A DNA stretch of 64,000 nt from Armatimonadota bacterium. Its GTDB lineage: Bacteria > Armatimonadota > JAAZEB01. Every line of letters begins with the position of its first letter. Position 1 is the first letter of the stretch. The stretch covers positions 1,837 through 65,836 of the forward strand of contig JAAZEM010000131.1 of the NCBI GenBank assembly GCA_012512265.1. The letters are read 5' to 3'. Below the pieces are notes generated by a model, which was not told where the DNA came from, ran no database searches, and worked only from the letters and a program-made list of their open reading frames with translations. A program made the position numbers and the translations under genes. Positions 38,437-48,644 of this stretch are shown in pieces.

Positions 38437-39651
38437 CTATCCGCCAGCCTCCGACTCACACACTGTGGCAACAGCCTGTGCTGCCATGCCCTCGCCTCTG
38501 CCGGTGAAGCCCATGCCTTCGGTGGTGGTGGCCTTCACGCTCACCCGGTCGAGCTCAATCTGCAGCGTCTCCGCGATAGCGGCTCGCATCTGGGGCACGT
38601 AGGGGGCGATCTTTGGGGCCTCGGCCATCAGCGTGGCATCGACGCAGAGGATGCGCATGCCACGCTCGCGCACGCACTCGCCTGCCCGGCGCAGGAAGAG
38701 GCGGCTATCGGCGTCTTTATACGCGGGGTCGGTGGGTGGGAACAGCCGGCCGATATCGCCGGCCGCGATAGCGCCGAGCAGCGCATCAGTCACGGCGTGG
38801 AGCAGCACATCGGCGTCCGAATGCCCCTCCAGCCCCCGCTCATACGGGATGCGCACGCCTCCCAGCACCAGCGCCCGCCCTGGCGCCAGGCGATGCGCAT
38901 CGTATCCGAACCCCACGCGTACGCCTGCCATGCCCGGCTTCTGCCCGCTCCTTTCGCGTAAGATCCCTTCCGCGATCGCGAAGTCCTGCGGTGATGTGAT
39001 TTTGATGTTCTCCGGTGAACCCGGCACAACCTTCACGGGATAGCCCAGGCGCTCCAGGAGATCGCAGCAATCCGTGGCCTGATAGCCTTCCGCCGCTGCG
39101 CGCCGGTGGGCATCCAACAGCCAATCGCGGCGAAACACCTGAGGCGTTTGAGCCCTCCACACGCAGCTTCGGTCGAGTGTGCGGCGTACCTGGCCCTCCG
39201 GGTCGACATCCTTCAGGGTATCGGTGACCGGGAGGGCAAGCAGGGCAGCCCCAACGCGCGCGGCTTCCTCGATACACGCCGTGATCTGACTGGGCAGGAT
39301 GAGGGGACGCGCGCCATCGTGGACGGCGACGAGGGGGATCTCGTCTGGAACCGCCTGCACGCCATGGTACACCGACTCTTGCCGCGAGGCGCCGCCGGCC
39401 ACTACCTCGCGCACCTTGCGTATCCCGTGGGCGCGCACCAAGGCGCAGATCGCCTCGCGCTCTTGTTCGCGCACGGCCAAGATGATGGCGGCGATTTCAG
39501 GACATGCGTCCAGGGCAGCCAGCGTGCGCGCAAGAACCGGTTTCCCGGCGAGCGGCAGTAGCAGCTTATTGCACGGACTGCCGACTCTTTCGCCTCTGCC
39601 CGCCGCCGGCACTACCGCTGCGCATGTTGCTCCCACCCTCTTCGCCTCCAT
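38437..39651 (-). CDS. ispDF: bifunctional 2-C-methyl-D-erythritol 4-phosphate cytidylyltransferase / 2,4-cyclodiphosphate synthase
   Basis: IspD N-terminal half [12 protein letters not shown]...VHDGARP. IspF C-terminal half [11 protein letters not shown]...[19 protein letters not shown]. Confidence 0.9.
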   Translation of the reverse strand: MEAKRVGATCAAVVPAAGRGERVGSPCNKLLLPLAGKPVLARTLAALDACPEIAAIILAVREQEREAICALVRAHGIRKVREVVAGGASRQESVYHGVQAVPDEIPLVAVHDGARPLILPSQITACIEEAARVGAALLALPVTDTLKDVDPEGQVRRTLDRSCVWRAQTPQVFRRDWLLDAHRRAAAEGYQATDCCDLLERLGYPVKVVPGSPENIKITSPQDFAIAEGILRERSGQKPGMAGVRVGFGYDAHRLAPGRALVLGGVRIPYERGLEGHSDADVLLHAVTDALLGAIAAGDIGRLFPPTDPAYKDADSRLFLRRAGECVRERGMRILCVDATLMAEAPKIAPYVPQMRAAIAETLQIELDRVSVKATTTEGMGFTGRGEGMAAQAVATVCESEAGG

Positions 39652-40744
39652 TTGCCGACTTGACCTCGGCGAAAATCATCTTGCCAGCTACCGTCTGGAG
39701 CACGCTCGTGACAGTGACATCGAGCGTCTCGCCGATGTGGCGGCGGCCGCCCTCAACCACGACCATGGTACCATCTTCGAGATAAGCGACACCCTGGTTA
39801 ATCTCTTTCCCTTCGCGAATCAGGGTGACACTCATCTCCTCGCCCGGCAGCACCACGGGCTTCAGCGCGTTCGCGAGTTCATTGACGTTGAGGACAGTAA
39901 CCCCCTCCAGCTCGGCCACCTTGTTGAGGTTGAAGTCGTTGGTGATGATGGCCCCATCCAGCTTCTTGGCCAGCTGCACCAATTGGTAGTCCACCTCGCC
40001 ATTCCCCTCCAGGGGGAGATGGTCGTAGGTACGGACAAGGAGGTGCATATCTTTCTGCATCTGCTGGAGGATATCCAGGCCGCGGCGCCCACGCGCGCGC
40101 TTGAGCGGCTCCGTGGAGTCGGCGATATGGTGTAGCTCCTCGAGGACGCAGCCCGGAACGTAGATAGGGCCCTCGACGAAGCCGGTGCGGCACACATCCG
40201 AGATCCGGCCATCGATGATCACGTTTGTATCCAGGATCTTGATCCGCTCTCGCGGCTTTTCACCCTGGTCCTGCTGTGCCTGTGCCTTGGCCAGCCCGCT
40301 CCCTGAAGGCAAGATCAGGAAGATATCCTCCTTCATGCTGAGGAACAGACGGGCGCCCAGGTAGGCGAACGCGGTGCCCGCGACCATCCACACGCACACC
40401 TTGATCGTTGCCGACAACGGCCAGGGATAGACCATGATCGTGGCCACCGTGATGCCCACCACGACGCCGATGAGTACCTCCAGCTTCTCGGCGGTGGAAA
40501 GCTTCTCGAGGTTGTTGCTCAACAGCATCACCTGGCGGTTGATCACCTGGGAGAGGTAGCTGGTCATGATGACGCCCAGGGCTATGAATGCAATCGTTGC
40601 CGTGATGGAGTAGAGCTCGGAGGTGCCCATCAGCCGCCTGACCGCTCCGATCCGGAAGTAGATATCACCCGCGGCTTTGCCAAGGATCCCCCCGATGATG
40701 CTGAAAAGAATCAGGAAGGCCCAACTCAGGTAGCGCGTTACCAC
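39566..40744 (-). CDS. yacL: PIN/TRAM domain-containing membrane protein (YacL-like)
   Basis: Four N-terminal TM helices, a PIN domain [38 protein letters not shown], and a C-terminal TRAM-like beta domain. Its 3' end overlaps the ispDF start by about 86 nt. Confidence 0.85.
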   Translation of the reverse strand: MVTRYLSWAFLILFSIIGGILGKAAGDIYFRIGAVRRLMGTSELYSITATIAFIALGVIMTSYLSQVINRQVMLLSNNLEKLSTAEKLEVLIGVVVGITVATIMVYPWPLSATIKVCVWMVAGTAFAYLGARLFLSMKEDIFLILPSGSGLAKAQAQQDQGEKPRERIKILDTNVIIDGRISDVCRTGFVEGPIYVPGCVLEELHHIADSTEPLKRARGRRGLDILQQMQKDMHLLVRTYDHLPLEGNGEVDYQLVQLAKKLDGAIITNDFNLNKVAELEGVTVLNVNELANALKPVVLPGEEMSVTLIREGKEINQGVAYLEDGTMVVVEGGRRHIGETLDVTVTSVLQTVAGKMIFAEVKSANGGEEGGSNMRSGSAGGGQRRKSRQSVQ

Positions 40745-41113
40745 TCGGTGTCACCCCTCTTTCTACGCCATATCCCAGGGAACGCTGGCCCAGTCACACG
40801 CCCTCGCGCGATCTGGTCTTGCGGTTCAGGCGGTCGTCCGGGGGATAGTGGCCGGGTCGTCGCTATCCGGGGGGAAGAAACCCGGTATCAGCGAGTGGAC
40901 CCGTTCCCGGTTGCGTCTGATGGCGAGCAGGCAGAATAGACGGCATGGGATCCTCTGCCCGAGACGCACTCTTACTCTATATGTATGCGCCGGATCCTCC
41001 CGAGTCCTTCTTCGCGAGCAGGCAGGCACTGCCCCTTCCCAGGATGCGCCGGCGGGTTGCGACGGCTAGAAAGCGCGGTCGGCTGGATGCCCCGGGCAAG
41101 CCAGGATGCGAGG

Positions 41114-42514
41114 CTATTCATGGGTCTCCTGGCCATTCCCCAGTACCAGGTCGACGGCCTGATGGGCCGTTTCCACGCCCACCACACGGAGCCCGCCTCG
41201 GGGGGCGCCGGACTTCACCGCCTGACGTTCGGCGACGATGGCGCGCGTGAATCCAAGGCGCGCGGCCTCGTTTAGCCTTCGGTCGATCTGCTGCACGGCG
41301 CGCACCTCCCCGGCGAGACCCACTTCACCGATGAAGACGGTGGTCGGATCCACTGGGGCATCGAAGAAACTCGACGCGATGGAGACGGCCACGCCGAGAT
41401 CCGCCGCCGGCTCGGTGACGCGGACTCCGCCGGCGATGCTCAGGTAGACGTCGCGAGCTCCCAGACCCAGCCCGAGGCGCTTTTCGAGCACGGCGACGAT
41501 CAGACACATGCGGTTGTAATCAATGCCGGCGGCAACGCGGCGCGGCGTGCCGAAGTAGGCGGGAGATGCGAGCGCCTGCACCTCCACCAGGAGTGGCCGG
41601 GTGCCTTCCAGGGCGGCGATGACGACGGATCCCGGCACCTGCATCGGTCGCTCCGAGAGGAAGATCTCGGAGGGGTTGGCGATCTCGGTCAATCCGCTGT
41701 CGCGCATCTCGAAGATGCCCAGCTCGTCGGTGGAGCCAAAGCGGTTTTTTACGGCGCGCAGCACCTTGAACGCCTGGTGCCGGTCGCCTTCGAAGTAGAG
41801 GACGGTATCGACCATATGCTCCAGGACGCGCGGGCCTGCCAGGTTGCCCTCTTTGGTGACGTGCCCTACCAGGAAGACCGGCAGGTGAGTCGCCTTCGCG
41901 AGGCGCATCAGCCGGGCGGTGCACTCACGCACCTGGCTCACCGTGCCTGGGGCGCTCTCTATGCCCGGCGTGTACACCGTCTGGATGGAATCGATGATGA
42001 GAAACTGCGGTTGGGAAGCCGCAACCTGGCCCTCGATGAGGTCGATGTCGGTCTCCGAGAGCAGGAACAACTCGTCTGCGGCCACCGAGAGCCGGTCGGC
42101 ACGCAGCTTGATCTGCTGAGTCGACTCCTCGCCGGAGACGTAGAGGACGCGCCCGTGGCGCTCGGCCAGGACATTCGCGACCTGGAGCAACAGGGTTGAC
42201 TTGCCGATGCCGGGGTCGCCACCAACCAGGATGAGGGAGCCGGGCACGACGCCTCCCCCAAGCACGCGGTCAAACTCGCCGATGCCGGTCATGCGGCGCG
42301 GGTGCTCCTCGCGATCGATAGCGCCGATGGGCTGCGAGCGCGCCGTGGTGAGACCCCTTCCTCCAGCGGCGGCAGAGCGAGAGCCAGGCGATGCGGGCCG
42401 CACCATCTCCTCCACCAGGCTGTTCCACTCCCCACAGTCGGGGCATCGGCCCATCCATCTGGGCGCTTCATGGCCACAGGCGGAGCACACGAACTTCGTG
42501 TAGGCTTTCGGCAC
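41114..42514 (-). CDS. radA: DNA repair protein RadA
   Basis: Zn finger FVCSACGHEAPRWMGRCPDCGEWNS, Walker A GGDPGIGKSTLLLQ, KNRFG motif, and a Lon-like C-terminus. GTG 42514 is preceded by GGAG, and the upstream ORF-track extension is unlikely. Confidence 0.9.
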   Translation of the reverse strand: MPKAYTKFVCSACGHEAPRWMGRCPDCGEWNSLVEEMVRPASPGSRSAAAGGRGLTTARSQPIGAIDREEHPRRMTGIGEFDRVLGGGVVPGSLILVGGDPGIGKSTLLLQVANVLAERHGRVLYVSGEESTQQIKLRADRLSVAADELFLLSETDIDLIEGQVAASQPQFLIIDSIQTVYTPGIESAPGTVSQVRECTARLMRLAKATHLPVFLVGHVTKEGNLAGPRVLEHMVDTVLYFEGDRHQAFKVLRAVKNRFGSTDELGIFEMRDSGLTEIANPSEIFLSERPMQVPGSVVIAALEGTRPLLVEVQALASPAYFGTPRRVAAGIDYNRMCLIVAVLEKRLGLGLGARDVYLSIAGGVRVTEPAADLGVAVSIASSFFDAPVDPTTVFIGEVGLAGEVRAVQQIDRRLNEAARLGFTRAIVAERQAVKSGAPRGGLRVVGVETAHQAVDLVLGNGQETHE

Positions 42515-42624
42515 GCAAAGACTCCATCCATGAAAAAAGCGGGGGCCCGGCTCTACCGGATTCGATATCGCCGCACCCCCGCGCACCTACAGCGCGATCA
42601 CTCGCGCCTTGAAGAAGGCGGTCG

Positions 42625-45096
42625 CTAGATCGGCAGCGCTGCCTCCTTTTCGGCATCTGCCGCGTCCAGGCTCACCTTATGGAAGGTGATCTTATCGCCT
42701 TCGGCTTCGAGGCGAATCACATCGCCCCGGTGGAAGGTGCCGAGGAGAATATCCTCGGAGAGCGGATCCTCGACCAGGCGCTGGATCGCGCGCCGCAGCG
42801 GCCGCGCTCCGTAGGTCGGGTCGAAGCCCTCCCGCGCGAGCAGGTCACGCGCACTCTCGCTTGTCTCCAGCTCGATGCCGTGCTGCCGGAGCTGCTCGGC
42901 CACGCGCGAGAGCATCAGATCCACGATCTGCCGGATCTCGTACGACGTCAGCGCGTGGAAGAAGACCGTCTCATCGACGCGGTTCAAGAACTCCGGCCGG
43001 AAGGTCTTCTTCAGCTCTTCCATCACGCGCTTCTTCATCGCCTCGTACTGCTTCTCATCCGGCTCCTGCTTCTCGGGAGTGCGGCGCAGGCCCATCCGGT
43101 CTTCCTGGATCATCTGGGCGCCGACGTTCGACGTCATGATGATCACGGCGTTGCGGAAGTCCACCACGCGGCCCTGGCTATCAGTGAGCCGGCCATCCTC
43201 CATCACCTGGAGGAGGATGTTGAACACCTCGGGGTGGGCTTTCTCGATCTCGTCGAGCAAGACCACCGTGTAGGGCCGCCGGCGCACCGCCTCGGTGAGC
43301 TGGCCTCCCTCATCATACCCGACATAGCCCGGAGGCGCACCAACCAGTCGCGACACGGCGAAGCGCTCCATGTACTCAGACATGTCGATGCGCACCATCG
43401 CGGTCTCGTCATCGAAGAGGAACTCCGCGAGCGCGCGCGCCAGCTCCGTCTTCCCGACGCCGGTGGGGCCGAGGAAGATGAACGAGCCCGTGGGGCGGCG
43501 CGGATCCTTGAGGCCCGAGCGCGCCCGGCGAATCGCGCGTGCCACTGCGTTCACCGGCTCGTCCTGGCCGATGATGCGCTTGTGGAGCTGCTCCTCCATG
43601 CGCAGGAGCTTCGCCGTCTCCGCCTCCACCAGGCGTGTTACGGGCACGCCAGTCCACGAGGCGATGATCTGGGCCACCTCTTCCTCATCCACGAGGAGCT
43701 TGGCTTCGGCCTGGCGCTGGCGCCACTCCTCTTCCAGCTCGGCGATGCGCGTCTGGAGACGCTGGACACGCTCCCGAATCTGGGCCACCTCTTCGTACTC
43801 GTAGTTCTTGGTGGCCTCTTCCTTCTGTCGCTGGAGGTCCTCCAGCTCCTGCTTGGCCGTGCGGATCTCCGCCGGCGGGAGCGCCGAGCGCAGGCGCACG
43901 CGCGATGACGCCTCGTCGATCACGTCGATTGCCTTGTCCGGCAGGAAGCGGTCCGTGATGTAGCGGCTCGAAAGCCGCGCGGCCGCCGCCACGGCATCAT
44001 CACCGATGCGCACCTGGTGGTGCTGCTCGTAGCGCTGGCGCAGGCCCTTGAGGATCTCCTCGGTCTCCTCGATCGTGGGCTCATCGACCTTCACCTGCTG
44101 GAAGCGTCGGGCCAGCGCGCCATCGCGCTCGATGTACTTGCGATACTCATCCATCGTGGTCGCGCCGATGCACTGCAGCTCGCCGCGCGCCAGCGCTGGC
44201 TTGAGGATGTTCGAGGCGTCGATAGCGCCCTCGGCGGCGCCGGCGCCCACCAGGGTGTGCAGCTCATCCACAAAGAGGATGATCTCGCCCTGAGCGCGCC
44301 GGATCTCCTCCATCACGCGCTTCATGCGCTCCTCGAACTCGCCGCGATACTTTGTGCCGGCGACCAGACCGGCCAGATCCAGCGAGACAACGCGCTTGTC
44401 CTTCAGCGGCTCCGGGATGTCGCCGCGGACGATCCGCTGCGCCAGACCCTCAGCGACGGCCGTCTTGCCGACACCCGGCTCGCCGATCAGGCACGGGTTG
44501 TTCTTGGTGCGCCGGCTCAGGATCTGGATGACGCGCTCGATCTCCTTGTGGCGCCCGACCACCGGATCGAGCTTATCCTCGCGAGCCAGCTGTGTCAGAT
44601 CGCGCCCGAACTCGTCGAGAGTCGGCGTCTTCGAGCGCTGCCGCTGGGGCGCGGCCGCCACGTCGCCACCCAGGTAGGCGATCACTTCTCGCCTTGCGGA
44701 GAGAAGATCGACGCCCAGCTTGGAGAGGATGCGCGCAGCGAGGCCGTCCCCCTCGCGGATCAAGCCGAGGAGCAGGTGCTCCGTGCCTATATGGTTGTTA
44801 TTCAATTGCCGCGCCTCGTCGTAGGCCAGATCCAGCACCTTGCGCGCACGCGGGTCGAGAGTCATGTCCTGCGTCGTCCGGCCTTCGCCACGGACGATGC
44901 GGCGTTCGACCTCGGCGCGCACGCGGGAGGGCGGCACTCCTAGGCGGTCCAGCACGCGAGCAGCTACGCTATCGCCCTCGCGCACCAATCCCAGTAGGAG
45001 GTGCTCGGGGCTGACGTAGTTCTCGCCCAGGTGGGCCGCTTCTTCTTGCGCGAAGAAGACCACCCGTTTCGCCCTATCGGTAAATCGCTGCCACAT
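42625..45096 (-). CDS. clpC: ATP-dependent Clp protease ATP-binding subunit ClpC
   Basis: Clp_N repeats ([20 protein letters not shown]..., EHLLLGL twice), two AAA+ modules (GEPGVGKT and [11 protein letters not shown]), and a UVR-like middle domain. Confidence 0.95.
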   Translation of the reverse strand: MWQRFTDRAKRVVFFAQEEAAHLGENYVSPEHLLLGLVREGDSVAARVLDRLGVPPSRVRAEVERRIVRGEGRTTQDMTLDPRARKVLDLAYDEARQLNNNHIGTEHLLLGLIREGDGLAARILSKLGVDLLSARREVIAYLGGDVAAAPQRQRSKTPTLDEFGRDLTQLAREDKLDPVVGRHKEIERVIQILSRRTKNNPCLIGEPGVGKTAVAEGLAQRIVRGDIPEPLKDKRVVSLDLAGLVAGTKYRGEFEERMKRVMEEIRRAQGEIILFVDELHTLVGAGAAEGAIDASNILKPALARGELQCIGATTMDEYRKYIERDGALARRFQQVKVDEPTIEETEEILKGLRQRYEQHHQVRIGDDAVAAAARLSSRYITDRFLPDKAIDVIDEASSRVRLRSALPPAEIRTAKQELEDLQRQKEEATKNYEYEEVAQIRERVQRLQTRIAELEEEWRQRQAEAKLLVDEEEVAQIIASWTGVPVTRLVEAETAKLLRMEEQLHKRIIGQDEPVNAVARAIRRARSGLKDPRRPTGSFIFLGPTGVGKTELARALAEFLFDDETAMVRIDMSEYMERFAVSRLVGAPPGYVGYDEGGQLTEAVRRRPYTVVLLDEIEKAHPEVFNILLQVMEDGRLTDSQGRVVDFRNAVIIMTSNVGAQMIQEDRMGLRRTPEKQEPDEKQYEAMKKRVMEELKKTFRPEFLNRVDETVFFHALTSYEIRQIVDLMLSRVAEQLRQHGIELETSESARDLLAREGFDPTYGARPLRRAIQRLVEDPLSEDILLGTFHRGDVIRLEAEGDKITFHKVSLDAADAEKEAALPI

Positions 45097-45126
45097 CCTC
45101 TGCTTCCCTCCAATCCAGTGGCATAC

Positions 45127-45999
45127 TCAACGGCTGATAGGTACACCTTCCTCCGCTACGAGTGCCCGGAACTCCGCCATCAAACGCTTGGTCAGCGGGC
45201 CCGGGCGGCCGGTGCCAATCAAGCGGCCGTCCACCTTCACCGCGGGAACAATCTCGGCAGCGGTACCGGTTAGGAAACACTCGTCGGCGTTATAGATATC
45301 GTAAAGCGTCAGCATTCGCTCCGATACCGGGATTTCAAGTCTTCGGGCAAGCTCCATCGCGGCCGCGCGCGTGATTCCTTCCAGGATGCCCACATGCGCC
45401 GGCGGCGTGAACATCTCCCCCTTGCACAGGATGAAGATGTTGTCGCCGGTCGCCTCTGCGACATAGCCATCGCTGCTGAGCATCAGGCCTTCGCCCGCGC
45501 CCGCGCGGTTTGCCTCCATCTTGGCCAGGATGTTGTTGACGTACTTCCCGAGCGACTTGATGCGCGGCTCCAGCGCCTGTGCCGGAGGAACGCGCAGCGC
45601 CACGGTGACCAACTCCAGGCCGTTTTCATACATCTCTCGGGGATAGAGGGCCAGCTGGCTGGCGATAATCACCAGAGTCGGGTTGGTGATGTTCTTCGGA
45701 TCCAGCCCCAGGCCCACGCCGCGCGTCAGCGTGACGCGGATATAGCCATCCGTCAGGTTGTTGGCGCGGGCGGTGCGCAGGATCGCCTCCGCGAGGCCAT
45801 CCCGGGTCACGGGCACCTGGATCGCCAGGTGCTGCGCGGACCGGAAAAGGCGGTCGACGTGCTCGTGCAGCCGGAAGATCCGCCCACCATAGGCGCGAAT
45901 CCCCTCGAACGCCCCGTCCCCATACAGGAGACCGTGGTCGAACACCGACACCTTCGCCTCGGCTTCTGGCACCAATTCCCCGTTGATGTAGATCTGCAA
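45127..45999 (-). CDS. ilvE: branched-chain amino acid aminotransferase (class IV)
   Basis: INGELVPEAEAKVSVFDHGLLYGDGAFEGIRAY, KSLGKYVNNILA, GILEGITR. TTG start. Confidence 0.9.
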   Translation of the reverse strand: MQIYINGELVPEAEAKVSVFDHGLLYGDGAFEGIRAYGGRIFRLHEHVDRLFRSAQHLAIQVPVTRDGLAEAILRTARANNLTDGYIRVTLTRGVGLGLDPKNITNPTLVIIASQLALYPREMYENGLELVTVALRVPPAQALEPRIKSLGKYVNNILAKMEANRAGAGEGLMLSSDGYVAEATGDNIFILCKGEMFTPPAHVGILEGITRAAAMELARRLEIPVSERMLTLYDIYNADECFLTGTAAEIVPAVKVDGRLIGTGRPGPLTKRLMAEFRALVAEEGVPISR

Positions 46000-46405
46000 T
46001 GGTTTTTCACCCCATCCGTGCTGCGCCTGCGCCGGGCAGTCCGGTTCCTCGTCTCCTCGACACAGACGCCCCGGACTCGACAGCCGTCTACAATGTAAGA
46101 CGTGCTGTTCCTTCGGAATTCAGTATAACACACAATCTCCTTATAGATCAACCAAATAGGGCGGCGCGGCGGTGGCACCGCGGGCCCTCCAGATCGCTTC
46201 TGACAGGCGCTTTCGAGGCCTCCAAGCGGCCCTATTGACGGGGTCTCGGAGGCCTGCTGCGACTGCCTCTCACCCCATTCTTCCCACTTCAGCGCGCCGG
46301 CATGCACCCAGCGTCAGGAGAAGGGAGTGGGTGTGAAGGACGCCTTGCTCGCCCCGCCGAACCGGACTCGCGATAGCGCCTCTCGCGCCCACCCGGAGGA
46401 GTTCC

Positions 46406-47449
46406 ATGATTCGTGTTGGCATCATCGGTTACGGTTTCGCGGGTCGCTGCTTTCACGCTTACCTGATTGGCCTGGCGCAGGGACTGCAGCTGAGCGCAGT
46501 CGTCTCGCGCGACGCGGAGCGCCGGGCGCGCGCCCAGGCGGAGTATGGCGTGCGAACCTACGCCGCCGTCGATGACCTCCTGGCCGATCCCGATATTGAT
46601 CTGGTCGTCGTGGCAACACCGCACGACACCCACGCGGACCTCACGATCCGCGCCCTGGAAGCGGGCAAGCACGTCGTCACCGACAAGGTGATGGCGATGA
46701 CCGCCGCAGAGTGCGACGCGATGATTGCCGCGGCGCGGCGCACCGGCAGGCTGCTCAGCGTCTTCCACAATCGCCGCTGGGACTTTGATTTTGCTACCGT
46801 GCGCCAAGTGATCGCGGAGGGATGGATCGGCGAGCCTTTCCTCTACGAGTCTTCCATCACCGGCTACGGGGCGCCGCGCGGCTGGCGCGCCGATGCCGGG
46901 GCGGCCGGCACGCTCCTGGCCGATTGGGGCGCCCACCTGATTGACCAAGCGCTTCTCCTAGTCGATGCCGACGTCGAGAGCGTGTGGTGCGACGTGCAGG
47001 CGCGCAAATGGGAAGCGACCAGCGGCAGCCATGGCCTCCTGCAGATGCGGTTTGCCAACGGGGTGCTCTTCCGCGTCGAGGTGAGCCGGCTGGCGAAGGC
47101 GCCCAAGCCGCGGTGGTACATCCTCGGGGAAGAGGGGGGCCTGGTAAAGACGGGGCGTGACCCACAGGAGCCCGCCATGATCGCCGGCAACATCGATGCG
47201 GCGAGAGAAGACCCTGCCGACCGGGCCCGTGTCTTCACCCAACGCGGCGGGCTCTCCACCGAGATGGTGATCGAGAGCCTCCGCCCAAGCTGGAAATCTT
47301 ACTACCAGAACGTCGCCGACGTGCTCCTAAAGGGCGGGGAGCTGGCCGTGAAGCCGGAGGAGGCGCGCCGAGTCGTCGCCGTTCTGGACGCGGCCGCGGA
47401 GTCGCTGCGTACCCGCGCCAGCGTGGCGGTCGCCAGCACCTGGGGATAG
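46406..47449 (+). CDS. Gfo/Idh/MocA family oxidoreductase
   Basis: MIRVGIIGYGFAGRCFH, VVATPHDTH, HVVTDKVMAMT, SVFHNRRWD. GGAGGAG RBS. Confidence 0.85.
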   Translation: MIRVGIIGYGFAGRCFHAYLIGLAQGLQLSAVVSRDAERRARAQAEYGVRTYAAVDDLLADPDIDLVVVATPHDTHADLTIRALEAGKHVVTDKVMAMTAAECDAMIAAARRTGRLLSVFHNRRWDFDFATVRQVIAEGWIGEPFLYESSITGYGAPRGWRADAGAAGTLLADWGAHLIDQALLLVDADVESVWCDVQARKWEATSGSHGLLQMRFANGVLFRVEVSRLAKAPKPRWYILGEEGGLVKTGRDPQEPAMIAGNIDAAREDPADRARVFTQRGGLSTEMVIESLRPSWKSYYQNVADVLLKGGELAVKPEEARRVVAVLDAAAESLRTRASVAVASTWG

Positions 47450-47714
47450 GCGTTCTTCTCGCGCATCGCCCGCCAGCCGCCCCGCGGTTGCCCGGAGGAT
47501 GGATGGAAGCCCCCAACCCGTCCCTCCCCGCGCTGTCAAAGCTTCTCTGACCGTGACGCCCGCGCGTATCACTGGTTGCGGAAGGAGTAGCGCCACTCGT
47601 CATAGAAGTTGAAATCACGAAGAGGTGTTCTCATGCCTTCATGGAGCTACCGCACGTGAAGACCCCTTGGGCCGCGCCAATCACTCAGCGCGATCGAGTT
47701 GGGGGAACGCCGGA

Positions 47715-48644
47715 GTGACACGACCTCTTCATCCTGGGGAGGCACCTATCGTTGCGGGGCTCACCCTGGCGTTGGGAGAGCCGGCACGGGCAGCGATGTA
47801 TCAGCCCCTGCTACGCCGCGCGGTCGCGGCGGAGTGGGAGATGGCCTTTGCCCGGCTGGCCGCGGGCGGCGCGGGGGCGGTCGCCGGCATCGTGTCTCGC
47901 GAAGGCGAGGGCGATCTCCAGGAGGGGATGTTCGCTCTCCCGCGCCTCGTACACCGGACCGGCATCGAGCCCTATCGTGCCCTCTTCCTCGCGGCGCTCC
48001 ACGACCGGATCCTCGATCGCCAGGAGCACGGCGTGTGCCTCTTCATCGACTGGGATACCGGTGGGCTTGGCGTCTACGCTGTTGACTTCGCCGATGGGAA
48101 CGCGCGCATCCTCACCTCCTCATTTCAACCGGCGATCTGCACGGTGGCGCTGGGAGAGGCGGTCGCCAGGCACGTGCTCCTGCCGGCAGCCATGCCAGGC
48201 GGGGCCAGCCTCTGGAACGATCTGGAGAGCGAGGAGAGAGCGCGTCTCCGCGGGGCAGGGGAGGGCCTGCTGCGGCGGTGCTGGCTTGGAAGTCGGGAGC
48301 GGTTCGTGTGCGCGATCCCGCCGGTGCCGAGGGGCCGGGCTCTCGCCCGCGGCGCGGTACTCTCGATCACGCGCGAGGCGCTCTTCGCGCAGTGTCGGCT
48401 GGCCCTTGCGACGGCGGTTGACGCGCTGAGTGGTGCGCTGGAGACGGTGATGAGCCGCTGCGACACGCCGCTCCGGGTGGTGGTGTCGGGCGAGGCGGCC
48501 CGCTGGCACGAGTTTCAGAGCGCCGTGCGCCGGACATGCGGCGATCTTCCGGTGCATCTGGCGCCAAGGCCGGAGTCTTTCGCGGCGCGAGGCGCCGCCC
48601 TGGCGGTGGCAGAGGAGCACCTTGGAACGAAGGGAACCGTGTGA
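47715..48644 (+). CDS. degenerate Hsp70/actin-fold protein (predicted pseudo-ATPase), first gene of the Hsp70/vWA/tubulin-like cluster
   Basis: Hsp70 NBD motifs are recognisable but eroded. Phosphate-1 GIDLGT is replaced by AGLTLALG, phosphate-2 DLGGGTFD by DWDTGGLGV, and adenosine motif GGSTRIP by VSGEAARWH. The C-terminus ESFAARGAALAV corresponds to 'deaVA.GAA'. The start is uncertain (GTG 47715 or GTG 47625). The stop overlaps the next ATG (ATGA). Confidence 0.6.
   Translation: MTRPLHPGEAPIVAGLTLALGEPARAAMYQPLLRRAVAAEWEMAFARLAAGGAGAVAGIVSREGEGDLQEGMFALPRLVHRTGIEPYRALFLAALHDRILDRQEHGVCLFIDWDTGGLGVYAVDFADGNARILTSSFQPAICTVALGEAVARHVLLPAAMPGGASLWNDLESEERARLRGAGEGLLRRCWLGSRERFVCAIPPVPRGRALARGAVLSITREALFAQCRLALATAVDALSGALETVMSRCDTPLRVVVSGEAARWHEFQSAVRRTCGDLPVHLAPRPESFAARGAALAVAEEHLGTKGTV

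Noticed and set aside
40745-41113. radA-yacL gap as a possible tRNA, small RNA or disA remnant
   Set aside because: I could not trace a cloverleaf or T-loop (GTTCGAATC-like) sequence. The ORFs in the gap are short and Arg-rich. The gap is too short for disA. It stays unassigned.
42679-44943. + strand ORFs of 409 aa and 308 aa
   Set aside because: They lie antisense to clpC.
46000-46405. 400-nt divergent intergenic region (ilvE and the Gfo oxidoreductase) as a possible T-box, leader or riboswitch
   Set aside because: I could not recognise a conserved riboswitch core or a leader-peptide run of branched-chain codons by eye. A covariance-model scan would be needed.
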